From the NCBI GenBank assembly GCA_001275005.1, contig JWZX01003306.1, positions 44,799 to 64,798 on the forward strand: 20,000 nt of DNA, in the 5' to 3' direction. The notes under the pieces were generated by a model. The model worked only from the letters and a program-made list of their open reading frames with translations, made no database searches and was not told the origin of the DNA. Each line of letters opens with the position of its first letter. Position 1 is the first letter of the stretch. A program made the translations under genes and the position numbers. The DNA comes from Chrysochromulina tobinii (lineage: Eukaryota). This document shows positions 6,809-16,574 of this stretch, in pieces.

Positions 6809-8947
6809 TTACGACCTGCCCTTGCCTTTCGAGGGAGCCGCCGCGGTTGGCGCCGCCGCGACCGTCTTTTCCCCCCGCAGGGAGGCGCGCGCCGCCTTGC
6901 GCGCGAGGCGCTCCGCCGCGGCCTTCATGTCTTCGCGGCTGATCAGCTCCGACTCGTCGTCTATGGCTGCCATTTGAAAGCTGGTGCGCTTGACTGGCGG
7001 CTCCTTATCCTTGTCCTTGGTCTCCTTCTCCGCAGCGGCCTTGGCCGCGGCTGAGGCGCGCTTACCCGTCGCCTCATCGGTGACTGGTGTCTCCTCGCGC
7101 GCCTGCAGCAGCAATTCGGCCAGCTCGAAGGGCATCACGCGGATGTTGTTCGAGGGCAGCGCCTCTTTTAGTATCGCTTCCTGCTTCGAGAAGACGCGCT
7201 CGACCTTCCCCCCTTTTGCAGATTTGCCCGTGAGCGGGGCCGCGCTCGGCTCGCCGGCGCTGTCCGCGCCGAAGCCCTTGCTCCCTCCTGTCGGAGAACG
7301 CTGCTGCTTGGCTAGGCTGAAAATCGACGACCCACCGGGCGAAACGACATTCGGCTCGTCGTCCGGTTCGCCCGCGGCGGCAGCGGCACGCCGGCGCGCT
7401 TTGGCGGCTCTAGCACTGGCCTCGATCTGGGCTATCATCTCGAGCAGCCTCGCGCCGCGCTGCCCGATCTCCTCAACCATCGTGGGGAGGTCTGCAAGCT
7501 CCTTAGGCAGCAATGAGAGATCGACATCGCCCTCGGCGCCGGACGAATCTTTCGGGGTCGCGCGGTGCACCCCCTGCTGCGGCGTCTGCTGCGTCGAGCG
7601 GGCCTCCGCGTCCGCAAGCAGCCGATCGATGGCCGCATTCTGCGCGCCGCTGCCCTCTGGCTGCCGTCGCCTTCTGCGTGGGTCGTCGACCTCGATCCCA
7701 GGCTCGAGGAGCTTGTGCAAAGTCTCCCAAGTCAGGCGCGACGTCTGGAGCATGGCAGTCGTGCTCGCGAGGCTGCCGCTCAGCTCGCGCTGCCGCTGCT
7801 CCTGCCCAGCCAGCCGCTGGCGTACCTCGCCGATCTGATCCTTGAGCTCGCTGACGTTCTCGCCTCCAAATTGCTCCTTAGTTCGCTCCTCCTCGAAGCT
7901 CAACTTCTGCTCCTCGAGCTCCGTGCGTCGCTGCTCGATGCCGGCGATGCGTTTCTGGAGCTGCGAGGCGAGCTCGCTCTTGGAGAGCACGATGAAGAGC
8001 ACCTCCTGTAGGTCCTTGGCACCCGTGATCCCCTCTATCTTGAGGAATGCGCGCCTGCACTTATCCTCGAAGCTGAAGGTCGCCTTGGCGCCAGACTCGT
8101 TGATCGCACGTAGCGCATCCATGGTGCCTGCAGCCACGCGCAGGTTCTTCTCGCCCTCGGCATCGAGGTCGCCGCGCGAGGCGAGCAGCTTGTCCTGGTG
8201 GTGCTTCTGCCGCTCCGAGCGCTCCTGCGAGTACTTGACCATATCCCCGACCATTGCCCGGCGCTCCTCCATCATCTTGTTCTGCGACGCGCGCTCCTCG
8301 TGCAGGGTATGGCGCAGCACGGCGAGCGCCGCCTCGGCCTCGCCGAGCTCGGCCTCGCCCTCTCTGCTCACGTTCATCCACTGAGACAGCCGCAGCTTGC
8401 TCTCGTCGATGACACGTTGGATCGTGTTCAGCCGCTGCTGGTCCTCAGTCACCAGGTCTTGCAAGCGCCCCTCCATCATCAGGTATGTTTCCTCGCGGTC
8501 GTTCGCGTCGGCCGCGTCGCCTTCGGCCATCGCAAGCTGCTCCTCGAGCTGCTGCAGCCTGACCTCGGCAGCCGTCATGTCCAGCAGCCGCCGCTCGTGC
8601 ACAATCGCTTCCACTTTCGCACGCTCCTCAACAAGCTCTGTCACCTGCTGCTTCACGAGCTTCTCCGTCGCCAGCAGCGACGAGGTCTCCGATTGGTCGA
8701 CGATGAGCTGCTTCATCGGCTCGAGCCGTCGCCGCGCAGGCGATTTGAACAGATCCTTGACATACATCGTCTGGAATTTCTGCTTCTCGCTGTGCAGCTG
8801 CTGCCGCAGGTGCTCGTTCTCGGTGACGAGCTTCTCGAGCGTCTCGCCGGGAGCGAGCGCCGCATGCGAGCCACTCCGCGAGCTACCAGTGCGCCCGCTG
8901 GCCGGTGGCAACACCGGCACGGTGGAGCTTTGCCTGAGTTTTGGCAT
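6809..8947 (-). CDS. Long coiled-coil protein resembling outer dynein arm docking complex subunits (DC1/ODA3/CCDC151-like)
   Basis: Extended E/Q/R/L heptad-rich region. Segments SRGDLDAEGEKNL and FEDKCRRAFLKIEGITGAKDLQEV resemble the AF.KI...TG..D..E motif of ODA-DC proteins. First ATG at 8947. Confidence 0.62.
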   Translation of the reverse strand: MPKLRQSSTVPVLPPASGRTGSSRSGSHAALAPGETLEKLVTENEHLRQQLHSEKQKFQTMYVKDLFKSPARRRLEPMKQLIVDQSETSSLLATEKLVKQQVTELVEERAKVEAIVHERRLLDMTAAEVRLQQLEEQLAMAEGDAADANDREETYLMMEGRLQDLVTEDQQRLNTIQRVIDESKLRLSQWMNVSREGEAELGEAEAALAVLRHTLHEERASQNKMMEERRAMVGDMVKYSQERSERQKHHQDKLLASRGDLDAEGEKNLRVAAGTMDALRAINESGAKATFSFEDKCRRAFLKIEGITGAKDLQEVLFIVLSKSELASQLQKRIAGIEQRRTELEEQKLSFEEERTKEQFGGENVSELKDQIGEVRQRLAGQEQRQRELSGSLASTTAMLQTSRLTWETLHKLLEPGIEVDDPRRRRRQPEGSGAQNAAIDRLLADAEARSTQQTPQQGVHRATPKDSSGAEGDVDLSLLPKELADLPTMVEEIGQRGARLLEMIAQIEASARAAKARRRAAAAAGEPDDEPNVVSPGGSSIFSLAKQQRSPTGGSKGFGADSAGEPSAAPLTGKSAKGGKVERVFSKQEAILKEALPSNNIRVMPFELAELLLQAREETPVTDEATGKRASAAAKAAAEKETKDKDKEPPVKRTSFQMAAIDDESELISREDMKAAAERLARKAARASLRGEKTVAAAPTAAAPSKGKGRS

Positions 8948-9246
8948 CGGCGAAGGGCACACGCATTCTGAAGACTGAACCGCTCCTGCTTCCGGCGAGA
9001 CTGTGAACGTCAGTCTAGCCCTGTGAATTGATGGGTATCCACGCGGCTCTTGGGTGGGGGTGACTTAAGTCGCGCCGCTGGTACTTAAGTCGGGATATCG
9101 CCAAAACTCAAATCAAATTGTGCTTTAAGTCGAGAAGCCGTGAAGCCCCCACCGCGACCCTCTTAGATCACCCCCTCTGGATTTAAGCCGCCACCCGCCG
9201 CTCCCACTTCCCTCTGTGAAGCCCTGTGTCGATTCAATGACAAGAT

Positions 9247-10128
9247 TTAGAAACCCTCGACGCTGCGGACCAAGCCCACATAGAGCCGCGTGAATAGACC
9301 TCGCCCGGCAGGATAGTCTTTCGGGACGAACCCGATGAACGCCGCGGCATAGTAGTCATCCTCCAACGGCGAGGTGCGGCTGTGAAGCATGCGTGAACCC
9401 TCGTAAAGCACCGCCTCGCCCTCGGTGTGAAACACCTCGTGCGCGGCGCCGCCGAGAGCACGCATGTGCAGCGGCCAGCGGCTGCGGTTGCCCGTCTGCC
9501 TCACATTCATCGTGGCTGATATCACGAACTTGTGCGCCCAGTCGAGGTGCGAGGCGAGCGAGGCTCCGCGCCGATACACTCGCACGCCGCCGCCACCGAT
9601 TGTTGCGCTGTCGTCGAGCTCGCACCCGCAAAAGGAGGAAAGGAGCGGCTTGAAGGCTCTCCGCATTTCCGCCTGCAAGGTGGCCGGTATATTGACGCGC
9701 GCCGATCGACCGAAGATGATTTCATTTTCATTCGGCTCACCTTGCCCACCGTAGGACATGTGTGGCTGCTGAATGCTCGCATCACTTACCAGAGCCAATA
9801 GCTTGCGGTGGATATCTGGCGGCATGGCTACCACTTCGTACCCGCGGTGATGGTAGCCGCTGATCATCGCCCACTGGAGTGGCTGAACCAGTTGACGAAA
9901 CTGCAGCCCTGGACGCTCTGCAGTGGCCACCGATAGCGCTGCAGCAGCGAATAGACCGACAACGATAAATGCGCATGCCTTTCGCCACGGCCGAGGTCGT
10001 CGATGTCGTGTGCGTGTATTCTCCTCGTTATCGTGGAGTTTGGTTGCCGCGTACATCGTTGCAGATAACGTGGACCGGCGCATGTCGCAGTCGGCAAGGA
10101 GAGGGACTGCGTCGCCACCCCTCGGCAT
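9247..10128 (-). CDS. 2-oxoglutarate/Fe(II)-dependent dioxygenase-like protein with N-terminal membrane anchor
   Basis: GVRVYRRGASLASHLD (HxD), ISATMNV, WPL, GEAVLYEG..MLHSR (distal His); hydrophobic AFIVVGLFAAAALSVA preceded by basic residues. Start could be a downstream Met. Confidence 0.78.
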   Translation of the reverse strand: MPRGGDAVPLLADCDMRRSTLSATMYAATKLHDNEENTRTRHRRPRPWRKACAFIVVGLFAAAALSVATAERPGLQFRQLVQPLQWAMISGYHHRGYEVVAMPPDIHRKLLALVSDASIQQPHMSYGGQGEPNENEIIFGRSARVNIPATLQAEMRRAFKPLLSSFCGCELDDSATIGGGGVRVYRRGASLASHLDWAHKFVISATMNVRQTGNRSRWPLHMRALGGAAHEVFHTEGEAVLYEGSRMLHSRTSPLEDDYYAAAFIGFVPKDYPAGRGLFTRLYVGLVRSVEGF

Positions 10129-10395
10129 CTTCTACCATTGAAAACCGTTCATAGTTTTCTTACATGTTTCTTGTTCGTCTTGTTACTGACTGACTTCTCA
10201 AAGGTCAGTCCCCCCGCTCACCAACCTCAAGTACAATAAGCTTGGCAAGTGGTGGGGGAGTAAGTGCGCGCGCGCACTGACTCTGAGTGGGAGTGAGAGG
10301 GTGATGTGAGGGTCCGCACAAAGAATGCCAATCAATAATGTATAATCAAACGGTCAACAACCCGGTGCGCCGCGGACGATCTTATTACCTGCGAC

Positions 10396-12382
10396 CTAAA
10401 TTTTATGTGTCTCCGGCCCCCATACGAACGCTGGGTGCACGAGCTCCTGCAGCATCGCACTGTACGGCGCGTAAAACCTTTCGAGGTCTGGGATGCTCTT
10501 CTTCAGGTCGTCCTTGGCCCTGCGCGCCTGGCTGTCTACCCCCTTTTTGGTGAAGGAGAGCGGCACCTTTTTGGCAAGGCCCGCCTCGCACTCCCGGTTG
10601 CCGCGCACCAGCTGTATGATCTCCGTGTCCGTGTACAGCCCCGTGAAATTGGCGAGCAGATGGAGCAGCGCCGGCGCCTTCATGCGCATGAGGTCCTCGA
10701 AGCGCAGAAAGAGGAACTGCTCGCGCTTGAAGATGCGCAGCGCGCCGGCGATGCAGATCGGGTACAGCGAGTTGGTCACGTACCTGGCAGCGCCGTGGCG
10801 AGCGTGGCGGACCGGCGCGGTCAGACGTGTGGCGGCTGTGCGTGCGCGCGCGCGAGCAGCGGCAAGCTGGTTGGGAGCTGTTGGAAACGTTAGTTGAGTG
10901 CTAGCTGGCTGCGCGCGCGTGTTTGGTGGCTTGCTCACTCCATGGCTAGACCCTTGAAGCACGCCTGCATGTAAGCGAAGAGCTCCTCGTCGGGCAGCGT
11001 GCGCAGCAGGTCAGGCCTGTGGAAGAGCGTCGTGTTGCACTGCCGGAAGCGGCCCATCTGCTCCGCTGTGCGCGTCGAGAAGGAAGTGCCCTTGTCCCAG
11101 CCCCACGTGGTGAACATGGAGAACTCGGAGTATGCTCGCATGAGCGGGTCGCGCATGAGAACGATGAAGCGCAGCTCCGATGGGTCCCGCGCCGTCGCGT
11201 TGATGTTGTGCAGCGCGCCGACGTGGCATAGGTAGTTGGGCGTGAAGTCCACGGAGGCGAACTCGTACTCGTCCGGCTTCACCCAAGGCATGGCAGTTTG
11301 GAGCCACATCGAGGTCGCTCGTCCGAAGCGCATCCGCAGCGTCTCGTGCCAACGGCAGCCCCACCGCTTGGGCCAGCTCGCTCGCGCCATGCAGCACGAC
11401 GGGTGTATGCGCCCCGCGGGAAGGTGCGTGTGGGCGGGATTGGTGCAGAATGGTTCGAAGCGCTTCACCTTGTAGTAGTCCCAGTCGCGCGTCTTCATCG
11501 CCGGCGGCCGGTGCTCCGCCCTGGCGAAGAGCTCGAGAGGGATCTCGGGCCCATGCAGCGCGGCGAGGCCCACCTTGAAGTAGTTGCCATAGCCCCCGCC
11601 GTAGAAGAAGAGCTCCTTGCGGTGCATGCAACCGCCCGTCGCCGCGCATGAGATCCCAGGAAGCATGTATCGACGGCCCTCGCAGCCCTTCTTGGACCAG
11701 TTGCGAGGGTCGAAGGGGCGCGACACGGGCTTCGGCTGCCGACGCGCTCGCGGCGCCTCGGCGTTCAGACCGGAACGCGTGGCTGCGGATGCTGCTAGTG
11801 CGGCTGTTTTGCGCGCCTGTTCTGCTGTGATTGTGCCGGCGGCGGCGACGGCGGCGCGCGCCGGGCTGTCGCCGCACACCATCTCAGGGAGGAAGGCCAC
11901 GTGCATGCACTCGAAGAGCCACGTGCTCGCCGACTTGGGAAAGCCGGGCATGAAGATCGTCGGTAGCACCGGCTGCGATTGGTTTTGCATCCGGCGATCG
12001 AGCTGGAAGCATTCGCCCGAGGGCGAGCCGTTGGGTCCCTTATACTTCAAGTCATCCGTGCCGAGCTCTTTCTCGAGGCAGCGCGCCGGAAGCGGCTGGT
12101 GGCCGGCGAAGTTATTGACGCCGACAGGCCGCGGCATCCACTGCCTGCCCTCGCAGTAGGCGGGCACCTCGTGATCCTCGTACGAGCGCAATCCGGCGTG
12201 CTTCTTCTGGAAATCGGCGACCGCAGCATCGACTGATACGACGAGAGTCGAACGTGCTTCGGTCAGAAGCCCGCGCGACGCTGCAAGAAAGAGGGCGCGA
12301 GCGTGGTTCCATCGGCATTGCTCGCACTCCAACCGTCCTTGTACCAGATTTGGCCCTTCCCGCCGTGCGGCGGCCGCACCAT
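10396..12382 (-). CDS. PAPS-dependent sulfotransferase (Sulfotransfer_1 fold, HS3ST/CHST15-like motifs); exons 12382..12328, 12232..10939, 10783..10396; 578 aa
   Basis: 5'-PSB loop PTIFMPGFPKSASTWLF, HRKELFF, DFTPNY, 3'-PB RFIVLMRDPLMRAYS, FKREQFLFLRFEDL. Two phase-consistent introns join three ORF fragments. Confidence 0.87.
10784..10938 (-). other. Spliceosomal intron, 155 nt, phase 2
   Basis: ATG GA|GTGAGC ... CTGAC ... TGCCAG|G TAC GTG; gives GLAMEYVTNSLY. Confidence 0.88.
12233..12327 (-). other. Spliceosomal intron, 95 nt, phase 1
   Basis: TGG A|GTGCGA ... CTGAC ... GTATCAG|TC GAT; joins MVRPPHGGKGQIWYKDGW to IDAAVADFQKK and supplies the missing ATG. Confidence 0.75.
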
Positions 12383-12542
12383 CGAGACGTCGGCCGGCCG
12401 CGTGAATTGAAGACGTTTTTGGAGATCAAATTGAGATTGTTGACCAAAAAGTAGAAATTCTGACAATTGGATTTACGCTTGCCCGAATTCTTCCATTACG
12501 AAATTCGACTTCCACAAAACGCCATATCGGCTGCTTTTGTCA
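12383..12542. promoter_or_regulatory. Putative 160-bp bidirectional promoter between the sulfotransferase and JmjC genes
   Basis: AT-rich gap between divergent ATGs at 12382 and 12543; six AATT cores at 12405, 12429, 12456, 12465, 12486 and 12502. Confidence 0.5.
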
Positions 12543-14111
12543 ATGTCCGACGAATCCAGCCTCCCTCCATCTCCTCTCGCCGCGCTGATCGCGCCAACCA
12601 CCCTCGCCGAGTTCGAGGAGCGTTACTGGGAGCGTGAGCCGCTCTTCCTCCCACGAGACGAGCTGCCATCTGCCTTTGCCGATCTGCTCCGGACAGACGA
12701 CGTTGCCGAACTCAGCGAGCGGATGGCGGCCCTTGAGGTCGAGCCGCAGATCATGCGCAACGGCGAAAGGTGCCAGCCACGCGAGCTGCTGTGGGACTTT
12801 CTCGACGGCGGCTCGGCCATCATCAATCGCATCGACCGCCTGTGGCCTCCCATCGGCCGACTATGCTCTGCCCTGCGCGCTGACTTTCTGCACGTCTTCG
12901 CAGTCATGTACCTGACTCCGCGCGACTCGCGCGCCGTTCCGGCGCACACGGACGATCAGGACGTCTTCATCTTGCAGCTGGCCGGGCGCAAGGCGTGGAC
13001 CGTCTACGGCTCGCCCATCGAGCTGCCGTGCACGCACGAGCAGCTGGGCAAGACAGAGCCGATCGCCCGCTCGCTGTGGGAGAACGAGCTGCGCGAGCCC
13101 ATTCTCACGGCAGAGCTGGCGCCGGGCTCCCTGCTCTACCTGCCGCGCGGCTTCGTGCACGAGGCGCGCTGCACGAAGGCCGGCGGCAGCTCGCTGCACG
13201 TCACGCTCACCGTCCAAACGTCCGACCTCAATTGGCGAACATTCCTACGCGATGGCCTCGTCGAGCTGCAGCGCACCAACGAGGCGGCACGGTGCGCGCT
13301 GCCGCTCGACGCGGCTCTCGGCGGCTTTGACGACGACGACGACGACGATGACGACGGCGACGAGCCCGCTGCCGTCGTCGCTCCTGCTGGCGACCGACCG
13401 GCGCCCGCTTCTCATGCACCCGCTGCCGAGGCCGCCCCCGCCGTGACCGATGCTCCCGACTCGGTCAGCGCGGCCGCCGACGGAGCTGGCCACGTATCCG
13501 CGTTGGCCCAGGCGGCGCCATATGCCGCTTTCGACGAGCTGATGGCGTGGACGGCCGCGCGCGCGGACGAGGGCTTCGAATTGGCCATGGGACGTTTGCA
13601 TGCAAAGCTCCAAACCCTCAACGTGTCACAGGACCGTGCGATCGCCACCTCCGAGGCCGCCGGGGAGGAGGTGCGTCGCGCGGCGGCGGCGGCCGGGCGG
13701 CGACCCGGGCTTCCCGCGCGCGTCGCCGTCGTGCCAGGCCTGCAGCTCCGCCGCACCGAAGAGGGCGCCATCGAATGCTACGACGCTCGGCGCGATAGGA
13801 CCTTGCGCACTCGCCTCGGGGTCGTGTCACGCGCAGCCGTTGAGGCGCTCGAGGAGCTCACGCGTCGTGGGCAGCCCTTTGCACCGGCCGAGCTGCCGGG
13901 CTGCGACGATCTCGAGCGGGTCGCCGTGGTCGCGCGGCTGCTCGGGCTCGGCGTGCTGTGCGACGCCGAAGCGCTCCACGCTATTGATGACGATGGCGCT
14001 GACGGCGACGCCGACGAGCATGTAGGTTCCGGTGGTCGTGGCGCTGGAGGAAGGGCTGGGGGGGCGCGCGGCGGAGGGGCCCGCTCAAAGCGGAGCGGCG
14101 GACGAAGATAG
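12543..14111 (+). CDS. JmjC-domain hydroxylase, ribosomal oxygenase (RIOX1/NO66/MINA53, Cupin_4)-like
   Basis: FEERYWEREPL; YLTP..AVPAHTDDQDVFILQLAGRKAW (HxD plus 2OG Lys); LAPGSLLYLPRGFVHEA (distal His); SLHVTL; winged-helix-like C-terminal part; acidic insert and RGG-rich tail. Confidence 0.88.
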   Translation: MSDESSLPPSPLAALIAPTTLAEFEERYWEREPLFLPRDELPSAFADLLRTDDVAELSERMAALEVEPQIMRNGERCQPRELLWDFLDGGSAIINRIDRLWPPIGRLCSALRADFLHVFAVMYLTPRDSRAVPAHTDDQDVFILQLAGRKAWTVYGSPIELPCTHEQLGKTEPIARSLWENELREPILTAELAPGSLLYLPRGFVHEARCTKAGGSSLHVTLTVQTSDLNWRTFLRDGLVELQRTNEAARCALPLDAALGGFDDDDDDDDDGDEPAAVVAPAGDRPAPASHAPAAEAAPAVTDAPDSVSAAADGAGHVSALAQAAPYAAFDELMAWTAARADEGFELAMGRLHAKLQTLNVSQDRAIATSEAAGEEVRRAAAAAGRRPGLPARVAVVPGLQLRRTEEGAIECYDARRDRTLRTRLGVVSRAAVEALEELTRRGQPFAPAELPGCDDLERVAVVARLLGLGVLCDAEALHAIDDDGADGDADEHVGSGGRGAGGRAGGARGGGARSKRSGGRR

Positions 14112-14557
14112 TGCGTGTTAGGCCAGAAAAGACAGTGGCCGACGTGTGACGATGCGCCCGCGAGCTATGATCACATTTGTACGGTAGAGGATAGTGTAGT
14201 CTCTAGAGAGGGAGTGAGGGACGCCCCCGGGCTGATGCCACTCCAGTCTCGCCGGTCCCCGGCGTGGAGGCAGCTTGTCACTCGACTGTCCGACGCGTCA
14301 GAACCGCTTCAGCCTTCACGGGGTTTGTACATTGTAGCTTTTGTGCGATTCCTAAAAAGTCTTACCGACTATTCGGCCCCTATCTCCCGTCACACGTCTG
14401 AGCTGCCCTCACACCGGTCACCGCGGACCCGCCCGCGACCTCCGGCCTCCTACACACGAGGACCGAATGCTCCGGTCAACAGGCGTTACCGCGTTTACAC
14501 ATGTTCGATAGAGACTTTGATTACTTGACTTCAGGGGCAAGTCGAAAAGGACGCCGC

Positions 14558-16105
14558 TCATCGCTTGCTCTCGAGCCACACAGCGGCGGCGAGGTGTTCA
14601 CAGCCCGAGATGCCGCTAGTCTGCACGCACGCGAGGATCGCATCGAAGGCGTCTCGCGAAGTCGAGCGCTCCTCAAAGTAGAGAACCCGCAACGAAGTTT
14701 CGTCCGTCGAGTCGACGACCGCAAAGCCATACTGGGAGCATCCCGACATGCCGTGTCCGCCCACCATGAAGCCCACCGCCTCGTGCTCGCCACGCTGCTG
14801 GATTTGGTTGCAGTGCGTGTGGCCGTCGATGAACTTGAGACGATCGCCGAGCCCCCTGCACCCGTCGATCGAGCCGAGCAGCGCGCGCACGTCGGGCGTG
14901 TCCGCGCCGCTCTGGCAGCCGGAGCTCACATCGTTCCAATGGCCGAGCACGAAGATCGCGCGCGGCGGTGGCGCGACGGACCCGAAATAGGCGCATGCCT
15001 CGTTCAAGTGAGGCCTCAGGGTTTGGAGTGGCGCGGCGCCCGCATAGCCGACGAAGCCGAGGTCACCGATGGTGTGGAAGAAGAAGGAGTTGCGTACGTC
15101 GTTGTTGAAGCCGCCCCACTGCTTCATTACGTCGGGGCCGCCTGACTCGAAATGCATGAAGCCGTTTGGCGAGGTGAGCGCTGCGACGGTGTCTTGCGCA
15201 TAGAATTGGGAAAAGCCCCACGCAAATTGGTCGGTGTAGTCGCTGGGCGGGCCGCCCCCCACCCAGATGTCGTGGTTGCCTGGCACGGTGAGTAGGTAGC
15301 GTCGCTTGAAGTCGATCGAGAGCCGATCCCAGATCGCTCGTGTGGGGCGGCCATCCTGGTCGTAAAAGTTGTCGCCGAGAACACCGAAGAAATCAACGTC
15401 GTCGTGCGCCGCGATCGCGTTGAGCATCAGATGTGTTCGGTTGTACACGTCCCACGACTCCGAAAACTCGCAGTCAATCCAGCGTTTCGAGAAGCAAGGG
15501 TCTGAGATGACGACGCCTCGTACCCCCGCACCCGGTGCGGGCAGCGACACGACCACATCATTGCCGCCCACACGCACTCTGTTCACGCCCACTTGGAGAG
15601 GCACGATTGCCGACGATAGATGGTTCGTACCCAGCTTGACGTACGTCGCCTCGGCCGCACCGTCCGCCTGGAACGTGCACGCTGCGCCACTTAGCTCGCA
15701 ACGATGCGCCGCCGGGAACCATGTGTAGTGCTTGCACGCGCCATCGTGAGTGCACTTGAGCAGGCAGTCAGCGTCCCATGTGAGGGTCGACGTGTTGTAC
15801 ACGGCCGCTCCGCAGCTGGTCGTTGCGACGCCCATGTCAAAGGCCCCCTCCCAGCGGAAGCGGAAGCTATCGTTGTAGCTTGAGCTCGGATGCAAGTGGC
15901 TGAGGTCGACCGGCCCATCGGTGCTGATTACCGAAATGCGCACGGAGTTGTACCCGGTGGGCCCCATGGCCTTGGCGACGCGAAAGTCGATGGGCGCGGC
16001 GGGTGGCTCCGCCCTCGAAAGCTCGCGCAGCCACGGCTCAAAGTAGCCGAGGCCGGGCTTGATGATGGAGGGGGCGCCGATGGAAAGAGCGTTCAGCGGT
16101 AGCAT
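14558..16105 (-). CDS. Calcineurin-like metallophosphoesterase (purple acid phosphatase-type ligand set) with an N-terminal PAN/apple-like module; about 515 aa
   Basis: ISDPCF, VLGDNFYD, VPGNHD, VLGHW, DGHTH; CLLKCTHDGACKHYTWFPAAHRCEL. Start at 16105 (MLPLNALS) chosen, although the frame stays open to 16546. Confidence 0.82.
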   Translation of the reverse strand: MLPLNALSIGAPSIIKPGLGYFEPWLRELSRAEPPAAPIDFRVAKAMGPTGYNSVRISVISTDGPVDLSHLHPSSSYNDSFRFRWEGAFDMGVATTSCGAAVYNTSTLTWDADCLLKCTHDGACKHYTWFPAAHRCELSGAACTFQADGAAEATYVKLGTNHLSSAIVPLQVGVNRVRVGGNDVVVSLPAPGAGVRGVVISDPCFSKRWIDCEFSESWDVYNRTHLMLNAIAAHDDVDFFGVLGDNFYDQDGRPTRAIWDRLSIDFKRRYLLTVPGNHDIWVGGGPPSDYTDQFAWGFSQFYAQDTVAALTSPNGFMHFESGGPDVMKQWGGFNNDVRNSFFFHTIGDLGFVGYAGAAPLQTLRPHLNEACAYFGSVAPPPRAIFVLGHWNDVSSGCQSGADTPDVRALLGSIDGCRGLGDRLKFIDGHTHCNQIQQRGEHEAVGFMVGGHGMSGCSQYGFAVVDSTDETSLRVLYFEERSTSRDAFDAILACVQTSGISGCEHLAAAVWLESKR

Positions 16106-16574
16106 GACGAGGCGGAAGCACCGAGCTCTGCAACACGTGGTTTCGTCATTCGTTGTGCCCAGCACGGCGCCTTTTCTCAACGGGGGCGGATGCTGGCGTG
16201 CGCGAACATCCACAACATGCAAAACCTCGAGTACCGTACCATTGTTCGACGTCGAGAGAGACTTCGACTTAAACTTCCGGACTGGTTTATAGGACTGGTG
16301 TTCGACACCGGACGATGTTTGTCTCTTGACGCATGACGGGCGCTGCGTGATCCGTGATGTCAGATGTGCATGCATGGCCAGTACCGCCATAGGCCCCTCT
16401 GCAGGGGCGTACACGGAGTACTCGCTGTCGCCTGAGCACGAGCTCGGGTGGTACGCGTGACACAGGACATCAGGCACAGCCTTAAAACTTGAAGGGGTTC
16501 GGAGTTCATGATCAGTCGTCACTGGACACGGCACGCCCACACCCACTCATCACTGCCGCCTCGCCCGTGCCTTC

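Noticed and set aside
6984..8978. Long plus-strand ORFs (284, 257, 193, 180 aa) and similar shadow ORFs elsewhere
   Set aside because: Antisense shadows of GC3-biased genes, with Ser/Arg/Leu-skewed composition and no motifs.
14112..14557. 137-aa ORF or ncRNA between convergent genes
   Set aside because: No ATG-led protein-like sequence or recognisable RNA structure; consistent with 3' UTRs.
16106..16546. 147-aa N-terminal extension of the phosphoesterase, or a fusion with the upstream hydrolase
   Set aside because: The translation is not protein-like and open frames are common in GC-rich DNA. No supported splice was found; the spliced hydrolase stops at 16575.
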